From assembly GCA_046706945.1 (NCBI GenBank), contig JBJKOY010000213.1, positions 731-64,730 on the forward strand: 64,000 nt of DNA. Reading direction: 5' to 3'. The DNA is from Ignavibacteriaceae bacterium (lineage in GTDB: Bacteria > Bacteroidota > Ignavibacteria > Ignavibacteriales > Ignavibacteriaceae). Positions 8,758 through 17,650 of this stretch are shown piece by piece. The position numbers and the translations under genes were made by a program. The notes beneath the pieces are model-generated. The model was not told the origin of the DNA. It searched no databases and saw only the letters and a program-made list of their open reading frames with translations. Each line of letters starts with the position of its first letter. Position 1 is the first letter of the stretch.

Positions 8758-10242
8758 ATGAAAAAAATCGACGACGTTTTGACAAAATTAAAAAGCTACC
8801 GGTTCGAGTTCAGGCATCTTACAGTTCTGCTTATCAGTCTTCTCGCGTTTCAGATAATTCTTGCCGCATTGCAAAAGTCGTCTTTAACATCGTTCCTGCG
8901 CAAAGCCCAGGACTGGTACCAGCAGGACAACGCGGAGAAGCTTGCCAACCTGACCGCAACTTCATTTGAACTGCTTATTGAAAACACTATAACCGGACAG
9001 AACATAACGGAAAGGGAACAGAAAAGGATTATCCAGGCTTTCAATATAATTTTCAGCCAGCAGCTCCTTCAGAGGAACGTTCAGGAAATATGTCTTTTAT
9101 TCCCGGCCGGGAATAAAATAATTGCTATCGACAACGGCAGGGCTTTGTTCGAATATCTTTACAAGAAGGATCAAACGGGCATTGAAAATAACTCGGCGCA
9201 CACCCAGGCGATAAACCTTTTCCTGAAGGAAGAGAAGATTATTAATACCTCTGAACAGACTCACTCATTCAATTCTTCGAGAAAGTATTTTGAAACTATG
9301 GTCCCGTTCGTTCCGCACGGGGAGTATCTCGGCGTGCTTTATATAAAGAATACTCCCGACTTTTCCTTCTTTACAAGGGAGCTTTCGTCAAGCTACACGC
9401 AGGCATCGGTAGCCTTTACGACGCTGATATTTCTAGGCATGCTCTCAATGTTCTACATATCGTCCTACACGGTGAGAGAAAGGGACAAAGCGAGGAAGCT
9501 CTTCCTGCTGGAACATGAACAGCTTCTGAAGCAGCGGATAAACCATGAGAAGGAGTCTCTCTTTACTAAAAGAATTTACCATACGCATCACAAAGCCGAA
9601 AAGATAATGGGCTTTATTAAAGAAGATCTCCGGGCAAGGGTAAACTCAAACATAGAAGAGATAAACGCCAGGCTGATTAAATACGCCAACTTCATATCTC
9701 GCGTTATTTACGATATGAAATGGTACGACCCGCCGAGCAATACGGTTATAAACAGAATTTTTGTTACCGACATAAACGGCGTAGTAAAATTTCTAGTAAA
9801 AAATATTTTCTGCAGGATTACCAGTAAAGTCGATAATATCGAATTCAAATTAAGCCTTTGCGATACGGTCCCGAAAATTCATATAAATGAATACGTGGTT
9901 TGGGAAATATTGGAGCCGCTGATTCAAAACAGCATAGATCACGCGGATGTCGAAAAGATCGTAATTACCATAACCACCGACTACGATCCCGGAAAAGGGA
10001 TAATATACCTAAGCGTGATCGACAACGGAAAAGGCATCCGGCAGGATTTGCTCCGGAAAACTTCCGACGGCGTGCAGGCAATCTTCCTGGAAAATTCAAC
10101 TACGTGCTCTTCGGCCGACATAAACCGCGGCTACGGATGCTACATAGCATACGAGCTTGCCAAGAATAAATGCGGCTGGAACCTTGAAGCACGGAACCTT
10201 TCGCCGGCAGGCTGCACTTTTTTTCTTTCAATTAAAACTTAA
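8758..10242 (+). CDS. sensor histidine kinase (atypical H-box)
   Basis: Two TM segments (about aa 21-38 and 216-237) bracket an extracytoplasmic region of about 175 aa. HATPase_c boxes are present: N box EPLIQNSIDHA, G1 DNGKGI, G2 GYGCYIAYE. The candidate phosphoacceptor segment is RIYHTHHKAEKIMGF. Confidence 0.75.
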   Translation: MKKIDDVLTKLKSYRFEFRHLTVLLISLLAFQIILAALQKSSLTSFLRKAQDWYQQDNAEKLANLTATSFELLIENTITGQNITEREQKRIIQAFNIIFSQQLLQRNVQEICLLFPAGNKIIAIDNGRALFEYLYKKDQTGIENNSAHTQAINLFLKEEKIINTSEQTHSFNSSRKYFETMVPFVPHGEYLGVLYIKNTPDFSFFTRELSSSYTQASVAFTTLIFLGMLSMFYISSYTVRERDKARKLFLLEHEQLLKQRINHEKESLFTKRIYHTHHKAEKIMGFIKEDLRARVNSNIEEINARLIKYANFISRVIYDMKWYDPPSNTVINRIFVTDINGVVKFLVKNIFCRITSKVDNIEFKLSLCDTVPKIHINEYVVWEILEPLIQNSIDHADVEKIVITITTDYDPGKGIIYLSVIDNGKGIRQDLLRKTSDGVQAIFLENSTTCSSADINRGYGCYIAYELAKNKCGWNLEARNLSPAGCTFFLSIKT

Positions 10243-10254
10243 TAAAGGAATTTT

Positions 10255-11706
10255 ATGACTTACAATCACATTAACATTTTGGTGATAGAAGATGAAGATT
10301 ACGATGTAAGGCGTATCCGCAATACGCTGAAGTTTTTCGAAAACAAAATTATTATCAAGGACGTTGTCTCCAACGGAAATAAGGCAATCGAACTTATCGC
10401 CGGCTCGCCCGAAGCTTACGATGTAGTAATTATGGATTATCAGATTGCCGGAAGCATAAAAGCGGAAGCCCTGATAGGAAGGATTAAGGAAATCGCACGC
10501 TCAATTCAGATTATCATAATCACCAAAATGACCATAAATATTTCCGACCTGGAATTTGCCAACCGGCTTATCGGCATAGGGGCATTCTGGTTTTGTACAA
10601 AATATCCCGGCGACGTAGAGGATTTCATCTATCAGCCGACGGATTTTATCGTCAGTATATTAAATGCTTACGAAAAAGGAAAGCTTGAAAAGGAGAGCTT
10701 CAGCTCCGGTAAAAAGCTGAATAAGAATATTCAGGATATCCTTTCGGTCAAACAGATTATCGGCGAGTCGGAATCCATGATAAATTTACGGAAGCAAATC
10801 GATAAATACGCGCCGACGGACGCCAACATACTGATATACGGGGACACCGGAACAGGCAAAGAACTTGTGGCATACAATATTCACTATAAAAGCAAAAGAA
10901 GGCTGGAAAACTTCGTCCCGGTCAACTGCGGCAGTCTTCCACAGGATCTGATTGAAAGCGAGCTGTTCGGATTCGAAAAAGGTTCGTTCACCGGCGCGGT
11001 ATCGAGCAAACAGGGATTATTTGAAACAGCAGACAACGGAACTATCTTTCTCGACGAAGTATCCGAACTTCCTGTTACCGCCCAGGTTAAGCTGCTGCGC
11101 GTAATACAGGACGGCGAGATCGAAAAGATAGGCAGGGTAATGAAGGTAAAAGTGAAAGTGCGGATTATTGCCGCCACCAATAAAAACCTTGAAGACGAGG
11201 TTGCGGAAAATAAATTTAGGGAGGACTTGTATTACCGTTTGAACGTAATTCCGATCTACGTCCCGCCTTTAAGGGAAAGGAAGGACGACATAGAAAGCCT
11301 GATCTTATATTTCATAGATATTTTCAGGAAGGAATTCGATGTCCGCAATCCGTCAATAACCAAAGAAGCCTTCGGCATCCTGTCCAATTACAGCTGGCCG
11401 GGAAACGTCAGGGAACTGAAAAATGTAGTACAGCGCCTTTTACTCGAGGGGTTGGACAGCATAACCGCCGATGACGTTAGATACGCGCTTTTTAATAAGC
11501 CGAGGAAACCTCATGATAAAAAAGATTCTTTAAATTTCTGGAATGACGGGCAGCTTCTTCCGTTGAAGGACATGGAGAAAATGTTAAAGGGAAAATACGT
11601 TGCCTTTGTTAGAGATAATTCTAAATCGGATGCGGATGCTTCAAAGAAGCTGGGGCTTGCCCCGCCTAACTACCACAGGCTCTGCAAAGAACTCGGCCTG
11701 AAATAG
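10255..11706 (+). CDS. sigma-54-dependent response regulator (NtrC-family enhancer-binding protein)
   Basis: Receiver domain (ILVIEDEDYD...VVIMDYQIAG). AAA+ sigma-54 interaction domain (Walker A GDTGTGKE, ESELFGFEKGSFTGA, RIIAATN, REDLYYRL). C-terminal Fis-type HTH (ASKKLGLAPPNYHRLCKELGL). Confidence 0.9.
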   Translation: MTYNHINILVIEDEDYDVRRIRNTLKFFENKIIIKDVVSNGNKAIELIAGSPEAYDVVIMDYQIAGSIKAEALIGRIKEIARSIQIIIITKMTINISDLEFANRLIGIGAFWFCTKYPGDVEDFIYQPTDFIVSILNAYEKGKLEKESFSSGKKLNKNIQDILSVKQIIGESESMINLRKQIDKYAPTDANILIYGDTGTGKELVAYNIHYKSKRRLENFVPVNCGSLPQDLIESELFGFEKGSFTGAVSSKQGLFETADNGTIFLDEVSELPVTAQVKLLRVIQDGEIEKIGRVMKVKVKVRIIAATNKNLEDEVAENKFREDLYYRLNVIPIYVPPLRERKDDIESLILYFIDIFRKEFDVRNPSITKEAFGILSNYSWPGNVRELKNVVQRLLLEGLDSITADDVRYALFNKPRKPHDKKDSLNFWNDGQLLPLKDMEKMLKGKYVAFVRDNSKSDADASKKLGLAPPNYHRLCKELGLK

Positions 11707-11713
11707 AAGTCCG

Positions 11714-11730
11714 CTTATCATTTTGATAAG
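11714..11730. promoter_or_regulatory. candidate enhancer (UAS) palindrome CTTATCA-TTT-TGATAAG
   Basis: Perfect 7-bp arms with a 3-nt spacer and the core TTATC-N5-GATAA. It lies 8 bp after the regulator's stop codon and 89 bp (centre to TGG) upstream of the sigma-54-like box. Confidence 0.35.
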
Positions 11731-11810
11731 AGAAATTATAATGTATATAACTGCGGGCGGAATATCTGTTAAAAATTTTTCATTAGAACAAAATTTCGTG
11801 TATTTACCGG

Positions 11811-11826
11811 TGGCTTAATTTTTGGA
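11811..11826 (+). promoter_or_regulatory. sigma-54-like -24/-12 box TGGCTTAATTTTTGGA upstream of the MFS-trehalase operon
   Basis: GG and TTG are spaced as in TGGCACG-N4-TTGCW, with the -12 C replaced by G. It lies 90 bp upstream of ATG 11916. It matches the box at 7192-7177 at 12 of the first 14 positions. Confidence 0.35.
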
Positions 11827-11915
11827 TTATTTCCGGAAAATTCTGCCGGTTGGAATTTAAGCTAATTACATCCCTGCCGGATATTTTTACAACTCGATAT
11901 TCGCTACAGTTCAAC

Positions 11916-13175
11916 ATGGCAAAATTTAAAATCAAGCTGGTCTTATTCATAAATTTTTTTGTTATAGGAATACTCCTCAACAGCGTGGGCATTGTAATTC
12001 TCCAGGTTATTGTTCAGTACAACGTTACAAAATCTTCCGCGAGCATTCTCGAAGCTTTCAAAGACCTAACTATCGCCGCAAGTTCGTTTCTTCTAGCTTC
12101 TTACATTCCGAAGATGGGTTATAAAAAGTCAATGCTGCTGTCGCTGGCCATTGTCGGGGCCGCCTGCGTAAGCATGCGGTTCTTCGGCAGCTTTTTAATG
12201 GCAAAGATATTATTCGCATGCACCGGCTTCAGCTTTGCGCTGATAAAGGTATCGGTCTATTCGACAGTAGGACTCATAACAACAGATTCAAACGACCATG
12301 CAAGCCTTCTAAGCACGCTTGAAGGGGTCTTTCAGGTGGGTGTATTGGCGGGTTACTGGCTGTTCGGATTTTTTATCCAGGCCTCCACAAAAATCCCGGG
12401 GAGCACGGCTGAGCCTTCGGTTACTTGGCTCGATACCTACTGGGTGCTTGCGCTCCTTTGCTTAATATCGTTTTTACTTCTGCTGACGACACAGCTTGAC
12501 GAGACCGGCGCCAAATCGGAGAATTTCAAAATGCTTCACGAGTTCTATGAAATGTTCGCGCTGATCCGCTTCCCGCTTGTTATTGTTTTTATCTTAAGCG
12601 CTTTTTTCTACGTACTTATTGAGCAGAGCATTCAAACATGGCTGCCGACATTTAACAAGAGCGTGCTGCAGATACCGTCGTCGATCAGCGTGCAGATCGT
12701 CAGCATTCTCGCCGCAACCATTGCCCTGGGGAGACTGCTCGGAGGATACGTTATAAAAAAATTAAACTGGCTTATCGTGCTTACTTCATCGCTGGTTTGC
12801 GCCATGCTGGTAGTAATTCTGGTGATACCAATTACCAGAGGCATTGTTGTCGGCTCAGTAAAAGGCTGGTACGATCTGCCTTTGGCCGCATTTCTCCTTC
12901 CCCTTGTAGGGCTATTCCTGGGACCGATTTATCCGACGCTTAATTCTTCCATATTAAGCGTGCTGCCCAAAAACCGTCAGAGCGCGATGACAGGTTTGAT
13001 CGTAATCTTCTCCGCTCTCGGCGGTACAACCGGTTCTATTATTACGGGCTATATCTTCGGACATTTTGCAGGGCAAACGGCATTTTATTTTTCTCTGCTT
13101 CCGATGTCCCTTTTGCTTCTTATTCTTTTTGTATATAATAGAATAAGATCCAGGTTTCATTTCACGGAGGCTTAA
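11916..13175 (+). CDS. MFS sugar transporter
   Basis: About 12 predicted TM helices. The start is taken at MAKFKIKLVLF (ATG 11916) rather than the track start at 11850. The stop abuts the trehalase ATG (taaATG). Confidence 0.8.
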   Translation: MAKFKIKLVLFINFFVIGILLNSVGIVILQVIVQYNVTKSSASILEAFKDLTIAASSFLLASYIPKMGYKKSMLLSLAIVGAACVSMRFFGSFLMAKILFACTGFSFALIKVSVYSTVGLITTDSNDHASLLSTLEGVFQVGVLAGYWLFGFFIQASTKIPGSTAEPSVTWLDTYWVLALLCLISFLLLLTTQLDETGAKSENFKMLHEFYEMFALIRFPLVIVFILSAFFYVLIEQSIQTWLPTFNKSVLQIPSSISVQIVSILAATIALGRLLGGYVIKKLNWLIVLTSSLVCAMLVVILVIPITRGIVVGSVKGWYDLPLAAFLLPLVGLFLGPIYPTLNSSILSVLPKNRQSAMTGLIVIFSALGGTTGSIITGYIFGHFAGQTAFYFSLLPMSLLLLILFVYNRIRSRFHFTEA

Positions 13176-14711
13176 ATGTATTTCGACAAGAAAAGTTATA
13201 TCCAGGTTTCCGGCGAGCTTTTCATGGATGTTCAATCAAAAAGAATTTTCGGCGATTCGAAAACCTTTGTCGATTCGGTCCCGAAAGGAAATCCCTCCGG
13301 TATTTTGAAAGAATATTTTTCGGTAAGATCGGCGCCGGGTTTTGATCTGAAGAATTTCATCGAGCAAAATTTTATCCTTCCAGAGGAAGAGACCGTGAAT
13401 CTAAATCTTCCGAAGAAAAGAACAATGGAAGAGCATATTTCAATTCTATGGGATTACCTAATTAGAAAGCCGCAGGCAAATCAGGAATATTCAACCTTAA
13501 TCCCGCTGATCGACGAATACATCGTTCCCGGCGGAAGGTTCCGGGAGATTTACTACTGGGACAGTTATTTCACGATGCTGGGTCTTTATGCATGCCGCCG
13601 TTCAGACCTGCTTAATAAAATGATTAATAACTTTTCCTACCTTATAGAAAATTTCGGGTTCATTCCGAACGGAAACCGCGTCTATTATCTTACAAGATCG
13701 CAGCCGCCGTTCTATTCATTGATGGTGAGCCTTGCGATGAAAATCAATTCCGGGAAAAAAGGCAATCTTCCTTTTCTTTCACTGCTTGAAAAGGAATACG
13801 ATTATTGGATGAAATCGGATGATGCCGGACTGCAAAGGAAAAACGTATATCTTCATACGGTTAAAGTTGAGGAAACCCTGCTTAACAGATACTTCGATAC
13901 CGAAACGCTGCCGAGAGAAGAATCTTTCTTTGAAGATAAAACGGCATCCAGCGGAGCCGAAGAAAATTTAATAAAAGGTTTTTACGGCAACCTGCGCGCT
14001 GCAGCGGAGTCCGGCTGGGATTTTTCGAGCCGCTGGTTTGACGATGAAAGAAGTTTAAGGACAATAATCGGTTCGGAAATTCTCCCGGTAGATTTAAATT
14101 GCATTCTCGGATACTCTGAGAAACTTCTCTCTGACATGCACCGGGAAGCCGGCAATAATTATAAAAGCGAGCTGTTCAAGGAACGGTTTGAAATCAGGCT
14201 GAAATATATCCGGAGCCTCTTCTGGAATGAAAGTGAAGGATATTTCTTTGATTATCATTTTACCGAGAATAGACAGAGAAAAACCTTTTCACTGGCAGGC
14301 ATGTATCCGCTTTTCTTCGGCTTTGCGGAGAAACATCAGGCGGAAAAAGCGGCAAAAAGGGTTGAAGAAATCTTCCTCAGAGACGGCGGTTTGCTTACTT
14401 CCGCCAACCGTACCTCGCAGCAGTGGGACGCGCCCAACGGGTGGCCGCCCCTGCAATGGATTTCAATTGTAGGATTGAGGAATTACGGCTTTAATTCAGC
14501 CGCCGATAAGATCAGGGAAAGATGGCTGCGGCTGAACGAATCCGTCTTTAAGAAAACCGGGAAGATGTTTGAAAAGTACAATGTTGAAGATATCTCCCTC
14601 AGAGGCGGAGGAGGAGAGTACCCGCTGCAGGACGGCTTCGGCTGGACTAACGGGGTTGCCGCCGCTCTCCTTAAAAATCTGGATCTCGAATTTACGGCTG
14701 CGATAGCTTGA
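13176..14711 (+). CDS. treF: alpha,alpha-trehalase, GH37, cytoplasmic type
   Basis: Both trehalase signatures are present: PGGRFREIYYWDSYFTMLGL and QWDAPNGWPPLQW. There is no signal peptide; the protein starts about 15 aa before the conserved LF.DVQ...F.DSKTF.D segment. Confidence 0.92.
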   Translation: MYFDKKSYIQVSGELFMDVQSKRIFGDSKTFVDSVPKGNPSGILKEYFSVRSAPGFDLKNFIEQNFILPEEETVNLNLPKKRTMEEHISILWDYLIRKPQANQEYSTLIPLIDEYIVPGGRFREIYYWDSYFTMLGLYACRRSDLLNKMINNFSYLIENFGFIPNGNRVYYLTRSQPPFYSLMVSLAMKINSGKKGNLPFLSLLEKEYDYWMKSDDAGLQRKNVYLHTVKVEETLLNRYFDTETLPREESFFEDKTASSGAEENLIKGFYGNLRAAAESGWDFSSRWFDDERSLRTIIGSEILPVDLNCILGYSEKLLSDMHREAGNNYKSELFKERFEIRLKYIRSLFWNESEGYFFDYHFTENRQRKTFSLAGMYPLFFGFAEKHQAEKAAKRVEEIFLRDGGLLTSANRTSQQWDAPNGWPPLQWISIVGLRNYGFNSAADKIRERWLRLNESVFKKTGKMFEKYNVEDISLRGGGGEYPLQDGFGWTNGVAAALLKNLDLEFTAAIA

Positions 14712-14947
14712 TTAAAATTTTTCACGTCGGCGAAAAAAGCAAATGAAACATCGAATAATTTATTTAAAGCCTAATTTTCCGTTTAATACCGATAAAATTT
14801 TATAAAAAGAGCGTACAAAACCCCCTGCTTTACTGAATAAAGCTCGGAGAAAAGGACTTTTCAAATTAACGGTACAAATTAAGCACCGCCGAAGACTATT
14901 CCCCGGAGACCATCTCGCGCGGTGCGTATAAAAAATAAAAAGAATCG

Positions 14948-15421
14948 CTAACTATTTTCAATGCTTTGCTCTTTTGGCTGATATGTTCCGGCCGGATTAC
15001 GAAAAGCTATGCTTAGCCTATTCCAGCTGTTGATTGTTATAACGGCCATTGTCAGTTCAATTAATTCTTCTTCGGAAAACTCTTTCCTGACTTCTTCGTA
15101 AATTTTCTCAGGCACGTGTCCTTCCGTAATTTTGGTAACGGCTTCCGCCCATGTTAAAGCGGCGCGTTCGCGCTCACTGTAAAACGGCGCTTCACGCCAG
15201 GCATCTAAAACATATAAACGCTGTTCGGCTTCGCCTCCAGCCCGCAGATCCTTCGAGTGCATATCAAGACAAAATGCGCAGCCGTTTATCTGCGATACCC
15301 TGTAATCTATTAGATCCAAAAGAGATTTATCAAGCGACGATTTTGCAAGATAAGATCCCAGACCGTACATTGCTTTCAAAGCTTTCTGTGCTTTTTCGTT
15401 TACATTTATTCTCGGTTCCAT
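14948..15421 (-). CDS. carboxymuconolactone decarboxylase / AhpD-like family protein
   Basis: 157 aa with the family's CxxC-H motif (INGCAFCLDMH) and an AhpD-like core. Confidence 0.8.
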   Translation of the reverse strand: MEPRINVNEKAQKALKAMYGLGSYLAKSSLDKSLLDLIDYRVSQINGCAFCLDMHSKDLRAGGEAEQRLYVLDAWREAPFYSERERAALTWAEAVTKITEGHVPEKIYEEVRKEFSEEELIELTMAVITINSWNRLSIAFRNPAGTYQPKEQSIENS

Positions 15422-15525
15422 ACCGCATTCCTCATTATTAAATTATCTGTTCTATTAACTAAAATAACTAACCTATTCAAAAGGATAATGTATTAAATTA
15501 TAAAATAGAGTAAAGTTCAAAATTC

Positions 15526-15786
15526 ATGTATTGTAATGTGACTCATAAAAGAGAAATAGCTGTTTCAATATTAGAGGAATTGCCTTTAAGTTGTAATTAT
15601 CGCAGGAGGATTGATTACGTATTTATTGGTTCGCGGCACGTACATCCGGACGCTCAGTGCCGTATAATAAATGCCGGGCTCGCTTTCCAAAAACCGGTTG
15701 ACGGAATTTGGCTTAGCGATCATTTCGGAATTGTTGTTGATCTGGATATAAGTAAAAATAAATCCAAGGATGAATCAAACAATTGA
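15526..15786 (+). pseudogene. C-terminal remnant of an endonuclease/exonuclease/phosphatase (EEP) family gene
   Basis: The 86-aa ORF contains only the C-terminal EEP motifs, RRIDYVF and WLSDHFGIVVDL. There is no room upstream for the missing 200 or so residues, because the neighbouring gene ends at 15421. Confidence 0.45.
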
Positions 15787-16266
15787 TGATGCAAGTTATG
15801 TCCGCTGAATATTATATTCTCAGGAGTAATCCATCCTTTTATTTCCGTTCTCCCTAATCATAAAGCCAAGATGCCGGTCGAAGAGGCCGTGCTTACCTCC
15901 AGAATGGAATACACCTTTCTTCACCCCGCACGCTTTTTTCAGAACTATTCGGCACTTTGGTCAAGGGCTGTTGAAACAGGTGTTCTGTCAGAACCCTGGC
16001 CGGCCGATACATGTTTTTCCGAAGTTGATTATTGTTTTAAAAAGCAGACCGGGCAAATAAAAATATTTCCGATCGTTAAATCGCAAATGAAACTCCCGTA
16101 ATCACTTTAAATAAATCCGGAAATTTATCCTGAGGGAAGGTATCGCCGTCATAAGGGTTAAAACGTCTTTCTTTTGATTTCAATTCCACTCGCCTTTCAT
16201 TCACTTTTGTCGATAATTCCGATATTTATAGTTGATTTCAAGTATAATTTCCTAATATAATACTGT

Positions 16267-17484
16267 TCAGACTTCAATTCTTTCGGCGGTTTCCGGCATA
16301 TATTTATATACAATCCATGCGCCGCCCATTGTAACAATACCTACGGAGAGAAAAGGCAATTCGAAAAAGAAATTTGCAAGCAATCCGGCTGCCAAAGGTC
16401 CAAAAGCTATACCTAGTCCGAATCCCATAGTAACAAAACTCATTTGTCTGCCTTCCCGGCCCTTCTTTGAAAGATCGGCGGCGACGGCAAATGCGGGAGC
16501 GGCAATACACGCGGACGCTATGCCCTGCACGAACCTGTCTATAATTAAGCCCGTCAGAGAAATTGTCATGCCTAAAAGAATTGTTGCTACTCCCATTATC
16601 AAAAGTCCGATGATTATCAGCGGCCTTCTGCCGATTTTATCGGAATAATGACCGAGCGGAACCTGGAATATTATTCTGCTTATCATTAAAGTGCTGAACG
16701 CAATGCCAAAACCGACAGCGGTGATATCAAGTCTTTTATTAAATTCATTCTCCAGCGCTGTTATCATCGAAAAAGCACTTGCCATTAAAAATGTTGCGGC
16801 TGCCGCGCTTAAAATGCCGGCGCCCAGCAAGCTGAATTCGATGATTTTGAATTTCCTTTTTTTCTTGACTGTTGCTTCTCCTCGAACATCTTTCACCCAG
16901 ATCTGGATAAACACTACCGCGGCCAAAATTAATCCCGCCCCTGTATAGAAAGCGGCATTGAAACCGAACCGGGTCTTGAGAAAACCTCCGAGAATAGGGC
17001 CGATACCGAAACCCACCATTCTAAACGTGCTGAAAACGCCCATTGAGCCGCCGCGGGTTTCTCTTTTCGTTATAACCGCCAACAATGCCATTGAAGCAGT
17101 TATTGTAATTGCGAATGCAATGCCCTGGGTTATTCTCAGCAATAACAATTCAAGATAATTTTGCGCAAAAACAAAGCCGAATGTAGCTATTCCGATTATA
17201 CCCAAACCTACCTGTATCAGCAGTTTTCTTCTTCCGAGCCGGTCGGTTAATGCGCCCATTAGAGGCTGTACTAATGTATTGACAAACCCGTATAAGGATA
17301 TTAAAATTCCCACCAAAACAGGCGTGGAAAAATTAAAAAGATAATCCGGAGTTTTGGCAACGTACAACGGCAGAATTATAAACAGGATACTATTACCGAT
17401 GCCGTCGGTCAAACGGGCAAAGGATAAAGCCACAACAGCCCTGTTTGCTCCGAAAGATTCAAAAAATCTTTTGTTGAACTTCAC
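16267..17484 (-). CDS. MFS transporter (drug/H+ antiporter-like)
   Basis: 405 aa with 12 TM-like segments and the MFS loop motif GALTDRLGRRKLL, repeated as HYSDKIGRRPL in the second half. Confidence 0.85.
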   Translation of the reverse strand: MKFNKRFFESFGANRAVVALSFARLTDGIGNSILFIILPLYVAKTPDYLFNFSTPVLVGILISLYGFVNTLVQPLMGALTDRLGRRKLLIQVGLGIIGIATFGFVFAQNYLELLLLRITQGIAFAITITASMALLAVITKRETRGGSMGVFSTFRMVGFGIGPILGGFLKTRFGFNAAFYTGAGLILAAVVFIQIWVKDVRGEATVKKKRKFKIIEFSLLGAGILSAAAATFLMASAFSMITALENEFNKRLDITAVGFGIAFSTLMISRIIFQVPLGHYSDKIGRRPLIIIGLLIMGVATILLGMTISLTGLIIDRFVQGIASACIAAPAFAVAADLSKKGREGRQMSFVTMGFGLGIAFGPLAAGLLANFFFELPFLSVGIVTMGGAWIVYKYMPETAERIEV

Positions 17485-17493
17485 GATTAAATT

Positions 17494-17650
17494 CTAACCA
17501 AAATGTTCGGGCTCCCGGCCAATTGACGAATATCCGGCTTGAACTGCCTCAAAAAAAGCTTTTTCCGCATTCATTCTGATCCGTTACCTGATAAACACCC
17601 AAACCCGAGAACGCCATTTCCCGGCAATTGTTAGATTTTGCAATTTCCAT
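17494..17650 (-). pseudogene. possible frameshifted N-terminal remnant of an aldo/keto reductase
   Basis: Hand translation gives MEIAKSNNCREMAFSGLGVYQVTDQNE, then after skipping 1 nt AEKAFFEAVQAGYSSIG.. and a stop. This resembles the AKR N-terminus (..FGLGV[FW][KQ]V...E.....A...GYRSID..). It is truncated by the adjacent MFS gene. Confidence 0.3.

Noticed and set aside
15871-16101. A 76-aa ORF in the gene-poor stretch after the EEP fragment.
   Set aside because: It has no recognisable motif, no convincing ribosome-binding site and no signal peptide. It lies in a region that looks decayed. It could be real, but I cannot support it.
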